From: an uncultured bacterium
GTDB lineage: Bacteria; Oederibacteriota; PGYV01; CAWJRG01
Direction of reading: 5' to 3'
DNA length: 64,000 nt
NCBI GenBank assembly: GCA_963845185.1
Contig: CAWJRG010000010.1
Coordinates: 512,001-576,000, forward strand
Made by a program: the position numbers and the translations under genes. This document shows, piece by piece, positions 19,066-28,220 of this stretch. The notes beneath the pieces were generated by a model. It saw only the letters and a program-made list of their open reading frames with translations, was not told where the DNA came from and did no database searches. Each line of letters begins with the position of its first letter. The first letter of the stretch is position 1.

Positions 19066-19495
19066 TCTGGATCTGTTCCTGCTTTTGTTCTTCCGGTATT
19101 GTTGAAATTGCAAGTTTTTCAGCGCCAGCTGCCTTGGCCATGCCCATAATTGCAACAACCCTCCCGTGCAAAGCCATTTTATCCCCTTCAATTATTACGG
19201 TCTTGTCCTGCGCTGCGCTTAAAAGCTGTGTTAGCTGCGCGGACAATTCATCATCTGTCGCTACTTCCTTTGAGTTTAAAAAAGTCTTTCCGTCCTCGGT
19301 TATGCCTATTATTATATCTTTTTTCAGCATATTTTCAGACTGCGCATTTGCCGACGGCAGGTTTATTTTGATATTTCCCTGTATTATAAATGGGGTCGTA
19401 ACCATGAAAATAACCAGAAGTACAAGCATTACGTCGGTTAAAGGTGTGATATTAATCGCGAATATTAATTTTTCTCTTTGTATTTTTTTCAGCAT
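19052..19495 (-). CDS. exbD: ExbD/TolR family protein
   Basis: INITPLTDVMLVLLVIFM, INLP, IEGDK. Confidence 0.93.
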   Translation of the reverse strand: MLKKIQREKLIFAINITPLTDVMLVLLVIFMVTTPFIIQGNIKINLPSANAQSENMLKKDIIIGITEDGKTFLNSKEVATDDELSAQLTQLLSAAQDKTVIIEGDKMALHGRVVAIMGMAKAAGAEKLAISTIPEEQKQEQIQNEPR

Positions 19496-19501
19496 TTTAC
19501 C

Positions 19502-20122
19502 TTAATCCTCATCAATTATATCCAGCAATTCGGATGACGCGTTTATAGCCTCTGTTTCCACGTTATCTATCGCCCTAACAAAATAGTTGTAAGCTATAAC
19601 AGCCGGCACTGCAACAAATAAGCCTGTTGCCGTAGCTACAAGTGCCTCGGCTATTCCGTTTGCCACAACGCTTGGCCCGCCGCCTGCTGTTGCCGCAAGG
19701 TCGTGAAAAGCCCTTATTATTCCTATAACAGTCCCAAAAAGCCCGATAAAAGGCGCTACGTTTCCTATAGAACCAAGCACCCCAAGGTATCTTTGCATTC
19801 TCTCGACTTCTGAATTCAGAGTCCGCTGCATGGCATTTTCCGCCTTTTCTTTCCCTTCTTTTATATTTTTAATGCCTGTAAGCGTCACGGCGCTCACCGG
19901 ACCCGGTGTTGTCTCGCAAAAAGTTATGGCACCGACCTGATCGTTTTTGTCAAGTAATTTCCTTATTTTGTCGGTAAATTCCTGTGCTTTAATTCTCATT
20001 TGGGAAAACCGTATTGCGCGGTCGATTATAATCCACCACGATATTACCGAAATTATCAAAAGTATTATTACAGTTATTCCGCCTTTCATAAGCATCTGCC
20101 AAAATGAAAGTTCTCCGAACAT
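19502..20122 (-). CDS. exbB: MotA/TolQ/ExbB proton channel protein
   Basis: APFIGLFGTVIGII, GIAEALVATATGLFVAVPA. Confidence 0.93.
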   Translation of the reverse strand: MFGELSFWQMLMKGGITVIILLIISVISWWIIIDRAIRFSQMRIKAQEFTDKIRKLLDKNDQVGAITFCETTPGPVSAVTLTGIKNIKEGKEKAENAMQRTLNSEVERMQRYLGVLGSIGNVAPFIGLFGTVIGIIRAFHDLAATAGGGPSVVANGIAEALVATATGLFVAVPAVIAYNYFVRAIDNVETEAINASSELLDIIDED

Positions 20123-20267
20123 ATTTGCCTCCTGAAACTATTTTTTTTAATACCACAACTTGCTTTGTTTTTGAAAACTGTTAATGCCTGCGACCCGCAG
20201 GGTAAACTGATTAAACCATTGATTATGATATTTGTTGATTTTTTCTTTTAACATAGAAAATTTAAAA

Positions 20268-21971
20268 TCAGAAATTAAATATTACGCCAATGCCTAAATT
20301 TAACCCTTTTTCATTATAATAATATAACATATAATAATTATTATTCAATAAATTATTTATATAGCCTGAAACCGTCAGGATATCGTTGATTTTTCTCGAA
20401 ACGGAAAAATCAATTACGCAATACGCAGGAATAATGGCATTAAGCGTCCCGTATTGCGCCGTAAAGCCGTTGCAGGCAAGCGTAAAATTCCATTCTGATT
20501 TTTCAAGAATTATTTTGGCATCAGCTTTGTTTTCGGGAAAATATGTTTCTCTTGGCGTATCAATAGCCAGAATATTCCTGTGCTCGTAATCTGCTGATAT
20601 GCTTAAATTCATAATTTTTAAGGTTTCCAAGGAAACTCCAAACGCATTGTAGTCCAAATCATTGTTAAATAAAGAAAAAACATGGGGCATTGTTGGCATT
20701 TCATTTATATAAATATTGTCGCTTATGCTTTCGTATATGTAATACAGGTCGAAAAACAGGCTGAAAAAATTCAAATTAAAACCCGCTTTTACGCTTGTAT
20801 TTTCAACTGGCATTATCAAATTTTTATTTGGCGCTATAAATGGCGTGTCTCCAAGTATGTTTATGTAATCCACCGTCTTCATCTCGGGTTTAAAATCAAT
20901 ATATGCACTGATTGCCGGTGTTAGGTCATAATCAATGTTTAAATACGGGCTTACCCTGTAATAATTTTCAATCAAATTATAATCCTGAAATTTTATCCCG
21001 CCCTGGAATATTATCGGTTCAAAATGGAATATGCCTTTAAAAAATGCTGAAATGTTGAAAATATTTGTATGGGTTCCGTCTGTAAAACAAGGATCACCTA
21101 TGTAATAGTCTATTGAAAGCATTGTTTTTACCTTTCTTTCATTGCCTACTACAAAATCCTTTTCAAGCCCTATATTATTTGTAAACCTGTTTTCTTTATA
21201 AAAAATGTTGTTTGCATCATTGCTCTGTGCAAAATAATCGTACTGAAACAGGGCGTTTGTCTTTATTTCTTGTATGTTGGTCTCCACGTTGAATCCTGCT
21301 GTGACATTATTCGTTGAAAGATTGTTTTTAAACAGATTGTCTGCGTATGGATTGTCATAATCATTTAATTTAAGTTTCAGGTTATATAATACATCCAGAA
21401 AATCATATCGTGTATTATAATAACAGCTTGCCCTGTTTAAATTATCAACCACCACCCTGTCATTTGTATTATTGTAATAATTCTCGTGCCAAAGCCTTAA
21501 TATAAGCTTGTTGTCTTCATCGAATACTTTGCCCAGTATCGCATCTCCAAGCAAATCATTATATGTGCCGGCCGATAGCTTAATCTTGCCTACGAAATCA
21601 CGGGTAGACATAAGTTCCATCGCCTGCGGGGAAAGTTCCTCCTCGCTTTTTAAATAATAGTCTGGAACATTTATATTATCTTTCTCATATAAAATTTCTT
21701 TAATATTCTGGATGTCTTCAAAAGACTTCATTTCCCTTGTAACAAGAATATTTGTATCTATTTCCCCTGTTATCCTTATCTCCGGAACCTTAAAATCCAA
21801 ACCCTCTTCTTTTTTCACCGTCGGTGTAGTACCTTCGTAATCGGAAGTATAGGTTCCTTTTTCATATACCTGTTTTTCTTTTATGTCTGTTATTGCCTCT
21901 TTGTCCGCTTCTGCTGCAAAAATTGCGGCTGTAAGCAAAAAACAGGTGAAAAAGCACGAAACTTTTTTCAT
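20268..21971 (-). CDS. Outer-membrane beta-barrel protein (TonB-receptor-like C-terminus)
   Basis: Signal peptide, aromatic amphipathic strands, GYINNLLNNNY motif, terminal Phe. Confidence 0.7.
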   Translation of the reverse strand: MKKVSCFFTCFLLTAAIFAAEADKEAITDIKEKQVYEKGTYTSDYEGTTPTVKKEEGLDFKVPEIRITGEIDTNILVTREMKSFEDIQNIKEILYEKDNINVPDYYLKSEEELSPQAMELMSTRDFVGKIKLSAGTYNDLLGDAILGKVFDEDNKLILRLWHENYYNNTNDRVVVDNLNRASCYYNTRYDFLDVLYNLKLKLNDYDNPYADNLFKNNLSTNNVTAGFNVETNIQEIKTNALFQYDYFAQSNDANNIFYKENRFTNNIGLEKDFVVGNERKVKTMLSIDYYIGDPCFTDGTHTNIFNISAFFKGIFHFEPIIFQGGIKFQDYNLIENYYRVSPYLNIDYDLTPAISAYIDFKPEMKTVDYINILGDTPFIAPNKNLIMPVENTSVKAGFNLNFFSLFFDLYYIYESISDNIYINEMPTMPHVFSLFNNDLDYNAFGVSLETLKIMNLSISADYEHRNILAIDTPRETYFPENKADAKIILEKSEWNFTLACNGFTAQYGTLNAIIPAYCVIDFSVSRKINDILTVSGYINNLLNNNYYMLYYYNEKGLNLGIGVIFNF

Positions 21972-24958
21972 CTTTTTTTCCTTTTAACCGTTTTGTTTTT
22001 CTGGACCGGGTTTGATATTTTATATTCCTCGTCTAAAAGCTCCATTCGTTTTTTCGTTGTCTCCAGCCATTTCTGGTTTTTTGTTGCGCCTAGTATTTTT
22101 TTATAAACATTCATAGCTTTTTTTATTTCCCCGTTTTTTTCATAAAGTTTCCCAGCGTCGCTCAAAGCGGTAATTGCCCACATTTCTTCGCTGGGGAATT
22201 TTTTATATACATTAATATATTCTTTCACTGCCGTTTCCGTGTCGCCTTTTAAATTATAGGAATCAGCTATCCAGTACTGGGCCTCTGCGCCTGTTGAAGG
22301 CTGTTTGCCCGAATCAACTACTTGGCTGAAAAGTTCTATTGCCTTATCATAATTTTTCTCATCCTGGTAAATATATCCGAGATTCATATAAGCGTTCAGG
22401 AGTAATTCTGAATTTTTATATTCGTCAATAAGTTTCTGGTACCATTTTTTTGCCTCGTCTACATTGCTTAGGCGTTTGTATGACATGGCTATATTAAAAT
22501 AAGCGTCGGCTATATATTCGGAATCCTTGTGTGCGTCAATAAGTTGCTTGTAATAATCAATGGCGTTCTGGTATTCATGCAACTTATAGTATGAGTTGGC
22601 TGTTTTAAAAAGCGCTTTATCTGCAAAAGGGGTGGATGGATAATTTTTTATTAGAATCTTCATCGTATTGATTGATTCGCTGAATTTATTAATATTAAAA
22701 TAAGACATTCCCAGCCAGTAATATGCGTTATCCATAAGCTCGTGTTTCGGATATTTTTCTATAAATCTGTTAAATTCATCAACGGCTGTTTCATATTTTT
22801 TTATATTATAATAATGTTCCGCTATTCTGTATTGTATTTCCGGGGTAAAACTGCTTTCTGGATACTTATCAACAAATTTTTTTGATAACTCGATTGCCTT
22901 ATCGTAATCACCGAGTTGGTAATAAGACCACTGTATGCCGTATAATGCTTCCCCCACCCTGTAATGTGTCGGAAATTTATCCACTATTTCCTTATAATAC
23001 TGTATGGCCGTATTATAATCGTGTTTATTGTAATAGCTGTCGCCTGTTTTCAATATGGCTTCTTGGTAAAGATGTGTATTTTGAAATGTCTCGATAATAA
23101 CTTTGAATTCGTTTATTGCCTGATCAAAGTCATTTTTTCTGAAATAAGCCCAGCCTATCCGATATTGTGCTTCTGCTTTTTTTACTGAATCTTTTATAAT
23201 GTCGCGGTATCTTTTCCATAGATTTATTGCCGTATCAAAATTTTCCTTTCTGTAAAAGCACCACGCTGCATAAAACATTGACTCGTCCCTTATGTCCTGT
23301 GGGGTTTCCTTGCCGTTCATTATATCCGAATATATATTCAGTGCCTCGTCAAATTTATATATGGAATAAAGTGTGTTGGCTTTCATAAATTTTGCTTTAA
23401 ATCTTATATCGTTGTCTTTTGCCGTGCTATTTGACTTTGAGAATATTTTCAAAGCGTCTTCAAATTGACTATTCTTATATAAAATCCATGCTTTGCCGTA
23501 ATAAGCTTCTGCTGAAATATCCGGATAATTCATGTACTTGGCCGTTATTTCATCATAATATTTATTAGCTTCATCAAAATTGTTTAATTCAAAATAATTA
23601 TCTCCTATCTTTAAAGTGCTTTTGATTTTCAGGTCTTCCGGAGCGCTTTCAGAGGAAATAATATTATTATAAATTGTTATCGCATCGTTGTATTCTCCTT
23701 CCTTATAGAGAGACCATGCCTTTAAATACTCGGCGATAAAGTAATCCCCTTTGTACTTTTGCTCTATTTGGCCGTACATTTCCTCGGCTTTTTTAAATTC
23801 GTTCACAAGGGTATATATATCGGCGGTCATAAAATAAGCTGCTCTTGTTATTTCTTCTACATTGTATTCGTCGACAACCTTTTGGTATTCACGAAGCGCC
23901 GTATAATAATCGCCTGTCTTATAGTAATAATATGCTATTGCATATTGCGCATATGCGGATGGAATTGTATTTGGAAATTTATTTATTACTTTATTGTATT
24001 GTTCCATTGCTTTTTCTTTATTTGATAGAGCTTCATAGCAAAGCCCTTTTTTATATTCGGACCATATGCTTAATATTTCCCCTTCGTAATTTTTTATTAT
24101 ATCATCATATATTCCTTTAGCTTTATTATATTCACCAAGCATGTAATAATTCCATGCCTTGAAATAATCAAGAAGTACCTTAAATTTCCCATCTTTTTCA
24201 TTTTCCAGTATATTGTTTATTATGCTTATGGCCTTGTTGTAATCGCCCTGTGAATAATAAACATTGGCTTTCCAGTATTCGGAATGCGAAAGTATTTTGC
24301 TTCCCGGAAATTCCTCTTTTACCCTGTTAAAAAATTTTATTGCTTCATTCGAGTTTTTTTCTTTGTCATTGGAAGTCAACGATTTTTCATAATAAATTCT
24401 GCCTGTCAGATAATAAACATAATCAAAATGCTCGTAACTGCTGTATTTTTCTAGTTTTGCCGTCGTATTTAAAGCTTCGTCGTATTCCCCATTTAAGAAT
24501 AAATTTTCTCCTAATAACAAATATGCATCTTTCGAAAGATATGATTCCGGATAATCCGTAAGCAGCAATTGCAGGTATTGTATGCTTTTTTGATAGTCCT
24601 TAACTTGATAATAACATTCGGCTATTCTGTAATAAATTTCCTTTTTATATTTATTTTTTATCCTCGGGTATTTTTCTATTATGTCGAGGTAGGAATAAAG
24701 TGCGTCTTTAAAATGACGGTTATTGTACCGGCTCTCGGCTATCATAAATCCTGAATTCCCTGCTAATGCTGCTTCAGGAAACTCTGCTTCAAACTGTTTA
24801 AAAAGATTCTCCGCAAGATTAAAATTGTTGTTTAAATAAAGCACATAAGCAAAATCATATTGGTCTTTTTCAGAGGTTTCGTAGGAGCCGTAAGCTTTAA
24901 AAGGCATGAAAATAAATAAAACTGCGATAGTTATGCAAAATACGTTTTTGTAATTCAT
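21968..24958 (-). CDS. Large periplasmic TPR protein (996 aa)
   Basis: Signal peptide followed by many YfiO/CpoB-like TPR units (A.Y.IA..YY...Y..A...F...I..YP.S). Confidence 0.9.
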   Translation of the reverse strand: MNYKNVFCITIAVLFIFMPFKAYGSYETSEKDQYDFAYVLYLNNNFNLAENLFKQFEAEFPEAALAGNSGFMIAESRYNNRHFKDALYSYLDIIEKYPRIKNKYKKEIYYRIAECYYQVKDYQKSIQYLQLLLTDYPESYLSKDAYLLLGENLFLNGEYDEALNTTAKLEKYSSYEHFDYVYYLTGRIYYEKSLTSNDKEKNSNEAIKFFNRVKEEFPGSKILSHSEYWKANVYYSQGDYNKAISIINNILENEKDGKFKVLLDYFKAWNYYMLGEYNKAKGIYDDIIKNYEGEILSIWSEYKKGLCYEALSNKEKAMEQYNKVINKFPNTIPSAYAQYAIAYYYYKTGDYYTALREYQKVVDEYNVEEITRAAYFMTADIYTLVNEFKKAEEMYGQIEQKYKGDYFIAEYLKAWSLYKEGEYNDAITIYNNIISSESAPEDLKIKSTLKIGDNYFELNNFDEANKYYDEITAKYMNYPDISAEAYYGKAWILYKNSQFEDALKIFSKSNSTAKDNDIRFKAKFMKANTLYSIYKFDEALNIYSDIMNGKETPQDIRDESMFYAAWCFYRKENFDTAINLWKRYRDIIKDSVKKAEAQYRIGWAYFRKNDFDQAINEFKVIIETFQNTHLYQEAILKTGDSYYNKHDYNTAIQYYKEIVDKFPTHYRVGEALYGIQWSYYQLGDYDKAIELSKKFVDKYPESSFTPEIQYRIAEHYYNIKKYETAVDEFNRFIEKYPKHELMDNAYYWLGMSYFNINKFSESINTMKILIKNYPSTPFADKALFKTANSYYKLHEYQNAIDYYKQLIDAHKDSEYIADAYFNIAMSYKRLSNVDEAKKWYQKLIDEYKNSELLLNAYMNLGYIYQDEKNYDKAIELFSQVVDSGKQPSTGAEAQYWIADSYNLKGDTETAVKEYINVYKKFPSEEMWAITALSDAGKLYEKNGEIKKAMNVYKKILGATKNQKWLETTKKRMELLDEEYKISNPVQKNKTVKRKKR

Positions 24959-24973
24959 AATATCCCTATAAAG

Positions 24974-25012
24974 AAAAAAGCCCCTGACTTTTGGGAAGTA
25001 CAGGGGCTTTTC
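24974..25012 (-). terminator. Rho-independent terminator after the LysM gene
   Basis: Minus strand AAAAGCCCCTG...CAGGGGCTTTTTT. Confidence 0.8.
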
Positions 25013-25033
25013 ACTATGAATAAAAATTTATTT

Positions 25034-25756
25034 CTAATATTTAATTGGTAATTTTTTTCTTGGTTTTGAATGTGGTTCATAGCCTGGCGTTTCTTTTGCT
25101 TTATTAACAGCGTCGTCTATTTCTTCTTGGGTAAAACTGCGGCTTATTTTCAACAGCTGCCTTGGATAAATTAAATCCGGGTCATCAATATTTGCTCTGT
25201 TTGCTTTAAATATCAATGGCCATTTGAAATGGTCGCTGTATATGTCATCCACGCCGGATATCTTCCACAGTGTATCGCCCTTCTTTATTGAGTATTTTTT
25301 AAGTGATCCCTTAAGATTCGCTTCTTCCTGTGCAGGTTGTTCCGCAGCAGGTGGTGCTGCTGCTTCTCCTTCTGCTGGTGGTGGCGGTAATGTGCCTTCC
25401 TCTCCTCCTGCTGGTGCTGCTGCTTCTCCTTCTGCTGGTGGTGGCGGTAATGTGCCTTCCTCTCCTCCTGCTGGTGCTGCTGCCGCTTCTCCTTCTGCTG
25501 GTGGAGGCGGCAATGCGCCTTGATCTCCTCCTGCTGGTGCAGCAGCCGCTTCTCCTCCTGCTGGCGGAGGCGGCAATGCATCACTGTTGGGCGCTGCTGA
25601 TGTATTATCGCCCGGTGGTGGGGGTACCAGATCTTCATTTGCATCAGGTGGGGGAGGTAATGCTACATCATCCGCAGCTTTGACTACCGCAGGAACTAAA
25701 ATAAAACCAATTGCAAAAAAACACGCAAAAACAAAAAACCAAAACTTTTTACTCAT
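25034..25756 (-). CDS. LysM peptidoglycan-binding protein with Pro/Ala/Glu repeat linker
   Basis: Signal peptide MSKKFW, about 20-aa LPPPPAEGE repeats, YSIKKGDTLWKIS...IDDPDLIYP; AAGGAGG RBS. Confidence 0.9.
   Translation of the reverse strand: MSKKFWFFVFACFFAIGFILVPAVVKAADDVALPPPPDANEDLVPPPPGDNTSAAPNSDALPPPPAGGEAAAAPAGGDQGALPPPPAEGEAAAAPAGGEEGTLPPPPAEGEAAAPAGGEEGTLPPPPAEGEAAAPPAAEQPAQEEANLKGSLKKYSIKKGDTLWKISGVDDIYSDHFKWPLIFKANRANIDDPDLIYPRQLLKISRSFTQEEIDDAVNKAKETPGYEPHSKPRKKLPIKY
25346..25575 (-). repeat. Intragenic tandem repeat of about 60 bp (PPPPAEGEAAAPAGGEEGTL)
   Basis: About 4 units, two essentially identical at 60-bp spacing. Confidence 0.85.
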
Positions 25757-25800
25757 ACACACCCTCCTTCTAATTTTAATAAATATCTTACTCTTCATCT

Positions 25801-25875
25801 TGGAGCGGGAAACGGGGCTTGAACCCGCGGCCTTCTCCTTGGCAAGGAGACGCTCTACCGCTGAGCTATTCCCGC
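25801..25875 (-). tRNA. tRNA-Gly (GCC)
   Basis: GCGGGAATAGCTCAGCGGTAGAGC-TCTCC-TTGCCAA-GGAGA...GGTTCAAGCCC...TCCCGCTCCA. Confidence 0.97.
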
Positions 25876-25911
25876 CGCTTTTTGAAAACGAATTACAATA
25901 ATGTAGGCAGT

Positions 25912-25940
25912 ATTATAATAACTTTCATAATCATTGTCAA
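25912..25940 (-). promoter_or_regulatory. Consensus sigma70 promoter for tRNA-Gly and the LysM gene
   Basis: TTGACA-17bp-TATAAT, perfect consensus. Confidence 0.85.
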
Positions 25941-26154
25941 TGTAAAATTTAATCACTTTTATTATTTCTTATTGTAAAATTCAATTTTATTTACAAGTTA
26001 TTATCACACTTTACCATCCAATATTTTCGAAGACCGGTTAACCGCAAAAACGCAATTCCTCTTGTTCTTTTGCTATCTAGCAAAATTGAGCTTATTATTA
26101 TCTTTAGCTAGTATTTTTACTAGTCCTTGCAGATTTATAAGAAACAAACGGAAA

Positions 26155-27006
26155 TTATTGACTTTTTTCCCTGTTACTGATATTTTTTTGAAGAAAATTC
26201 TTTATTTTGCTCGATACCGATTTTTTTTCTTTAATGGTATTTATTATATTATCAATTTCCCCATCCACTATTTCAACACCTTTTGATATGATCTCTTCTT
26301 TTTTGCTAATATCAAAAGGATTATAATTTTTTATATCCGGCATTAGCATTATATCCGCAGATTTATAATCATTGCTATATCCTTTTAACGCGGTATTTCC
26401 CTGCATCATAAGTTGAAGGCTTTTCCATAATATATCAAAAATATCGTTTTTGCCCTGGTCGGCGACAATGGCTTTTGCTGTAACGTCAACGCCTATCACA
26501 AAATCCGCGCCCATTTCTTTTGCGATTTTTGCCGGTACATTGTCCAAAATTCCTCCGTCAACAAATATGCTATTTTCTATTTTTGCAGGTGTAAAAATAC
26601 CCGGGAGACTGCAACTTGCTCTTATTGCTTTGGCAAGCGATCCTTTATAAAAAGCTTTTTCAGACCCTGTTGAAAGGTTTGTCGCGATAGCGGCAAATTT
26701 TATCTTTGTATCCTCGACATTTTTTACAGCCGCATATTCTTCCACAAAATTTTCCAGTTTTTCCAATGAAATAAGCCCGTCTTTCGGCAGTATGGGTTTG
26801 AGTACTCCAAGCCATTTAAAATTAATGGCGATCTCTTCTACTTTTTCTATCGGAACTCCCGAGGCATATATACCGCCTATTAGCGCACCGACACTTGTTC
26901 CCGCTATTATATCGGGTTTTATTTTAAATTTTTCTAATGCTTTTATTACGCCTATATGCGCAAATCCGTACGCAACTCCGCCTCCTAATGCAAGCCCTAT
27001 TTTCAT
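26155..27006 (-). CDS. Patatin-like phospholipase (RssA-like)
   Basis: LGGGVAYG, GTSVG, DGG. Confidence 0.92.
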   Translation of the reverse strand: MKIGLALGGGVAYGFAHIGVIKALEKFKIKPDIIAGTSVGALIGGIYASGVPIEKVEEIAINFKWLGVLKPILPKDGLISLEKLENFVEEYAAVKNVEDTKIKFAAIATNLSTGSEKAFYKGSLAKAIRASCSLPGIFTPAKIENSIFVDGGILDNVPAKIAKEMGADFVIGVDVTAKAIVADQGKNDIFDILWKSLQLMMQGNTALKGYSNDYKSADIMLMPDIKNYNPFDISKKEEIISKGVEIVDGEIDNIINTIKEKKSVSSKIKNFLQKNISNREKSQ

Positions 27007-27017
27007 ATCATAGCACC

Positions 27018-27836
27018 TTACCTGCTGAAATTCATATCTTCAGCAACATTTTTTACTATCTCAACATTAACCATTTCCTTTTTCATTAAAAATGCCTCAA
27101 GCAGGCAGTTATCACAAATTGTATTTATTACTCTCGGTGTCCCTTTTGAATAAGCGTAAATTGCTTCCAGCGAGGCAAGCGTAAAAAGTTCTTTTGATGT
27201 TCCCGCTATCTTTAGCCTATGTTTTATATAATTAATGGTTGCTTCTTTATCAAGCGCTTTCAGTTTAAATTTTATAGCTACCCTTTGCTGGAGTGGAGGA
27301 TCCAGTGCGATATTCGTCTCCAGTTCCGACAGTCCGATTAGTACTATCGATATGAGTTTTCTGCCCGGTATTTCAAGGTTTAAAAGCCCCCGTAATTCCT
27401 CAAATATTTCTTTTGTCTTTAGCATGTTGGCTTCATCAATTAGTACAACTGCATTTTTCCCGCTTTCATAAATTTCCATGAGTCGCTTAAAAAACTGTGG
27501 TAAAAGGATTTCCTTTGAATCAGCCGGATTTTCTATTCCTATCTGAACGGCTATCCTTTTTAACAGCCATGCTGCGCTTATTTCGGAATGTACTATAACA
27601 AGAAGTGATTCCACATATTTTTCATCTTCTTCAAGTTTTTCAAGTACTTTCCTGGCAAGAAGTGTTTTCCCCGTGCCTATGTCTCCCAGCATAACAACAA
27701 GCCCTTTCATTGTTTCCAAAGCATGCATTATCTTTAACATGGCTTCTTGGTGTTGCTCACTTTCGTAATAAAATCTGCTGTCAGGCGCATTTGAAAACGG
27801 CTGTTCTGCAAGACCAAAAAACTGTTCGTAGCTCAC
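27018..27836 (-). CDS. ExeA/GspA-family AAA ATPase
   Basis: YEQFFGL..QPFS..PD, GDIGTGKT, LIDEA, GTPRVINTICD. Confidence 0.9.
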   Translation of the reverse strand: MSYEQFFGLAEQPFSNAPDSRFYYESEQHQEAMLKIMHALETMKGLVVMLGDIGTGKTLLARKVLEKLEEDEKYVESLLVIVHSEISAAWLLKRIAVQIGIENPADSKEILLPQFFKRLMEIYESGKNAVVLIDEANMLKTKEIFEELRGLLNLEIPGRKLISIVLIGLSELETNIALDPPLQQRVAIKFKLKALDKEATINYIKHRLKIAGTSKELFTLASLEAIYAYSKGTPRVINTICDNCLLEAFLMKKEMVNVEIVKNVAEDMNFSR

Positions 27837-27962
27837 TTTTTTGTTTCCTCCGCGAGTTAAAAATAATAACGCCGGTTAGATACTGCTGGAAAAACCCATT
27901 ATAACTTGATCGCTTATGTGTTTCTCGCAAACAGATTTTCCGATAGTATTCAGTACCGGCAT

Positions 27963-27991
27963 ATAATATCAATTTTTGCTTTTACTGGCAA
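27963..27991 (-). promoter_or_regulatory. Putative sigma70 promoter upstream of the exeA leader
   Basis: TTGCCA-17bp-TATTAT with TG extension. Confidence 0.55.
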
Positions 27992-28220
27992 CATTTCTTT
28001 TAGTCTTACGGCCTCTGATTCTGGTTTTTTAGTCTATAATTTTAATCTGCCAGCCAGTCCCTGAAATATTATTGATGTAATTACGGGAATTAAAAAATGA
28101 AGCGGATTAGTAAAGGATTAATTTTTTTTATATTTTTAATAATGAAAATATGTCTCAATGTTAAACCAATCTCGCAAATTCCACCCCAAATAGTTTTCCA
28201 GCAATTTCTGAGTAGTAAAA

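Noticed and set aside
25801..25875. tRNA-Gly as an integration site
   Set aside because: No integrase nearby and no duplicated tRNA 3' end noticed in the window.
25224..25901. Low-complexity overlapping ORFs (Q/H/E-rich, L/V-rich, G/A-rich)
   Set aside because: Alternative frames of the LysM tandem repeat and the tRNA.
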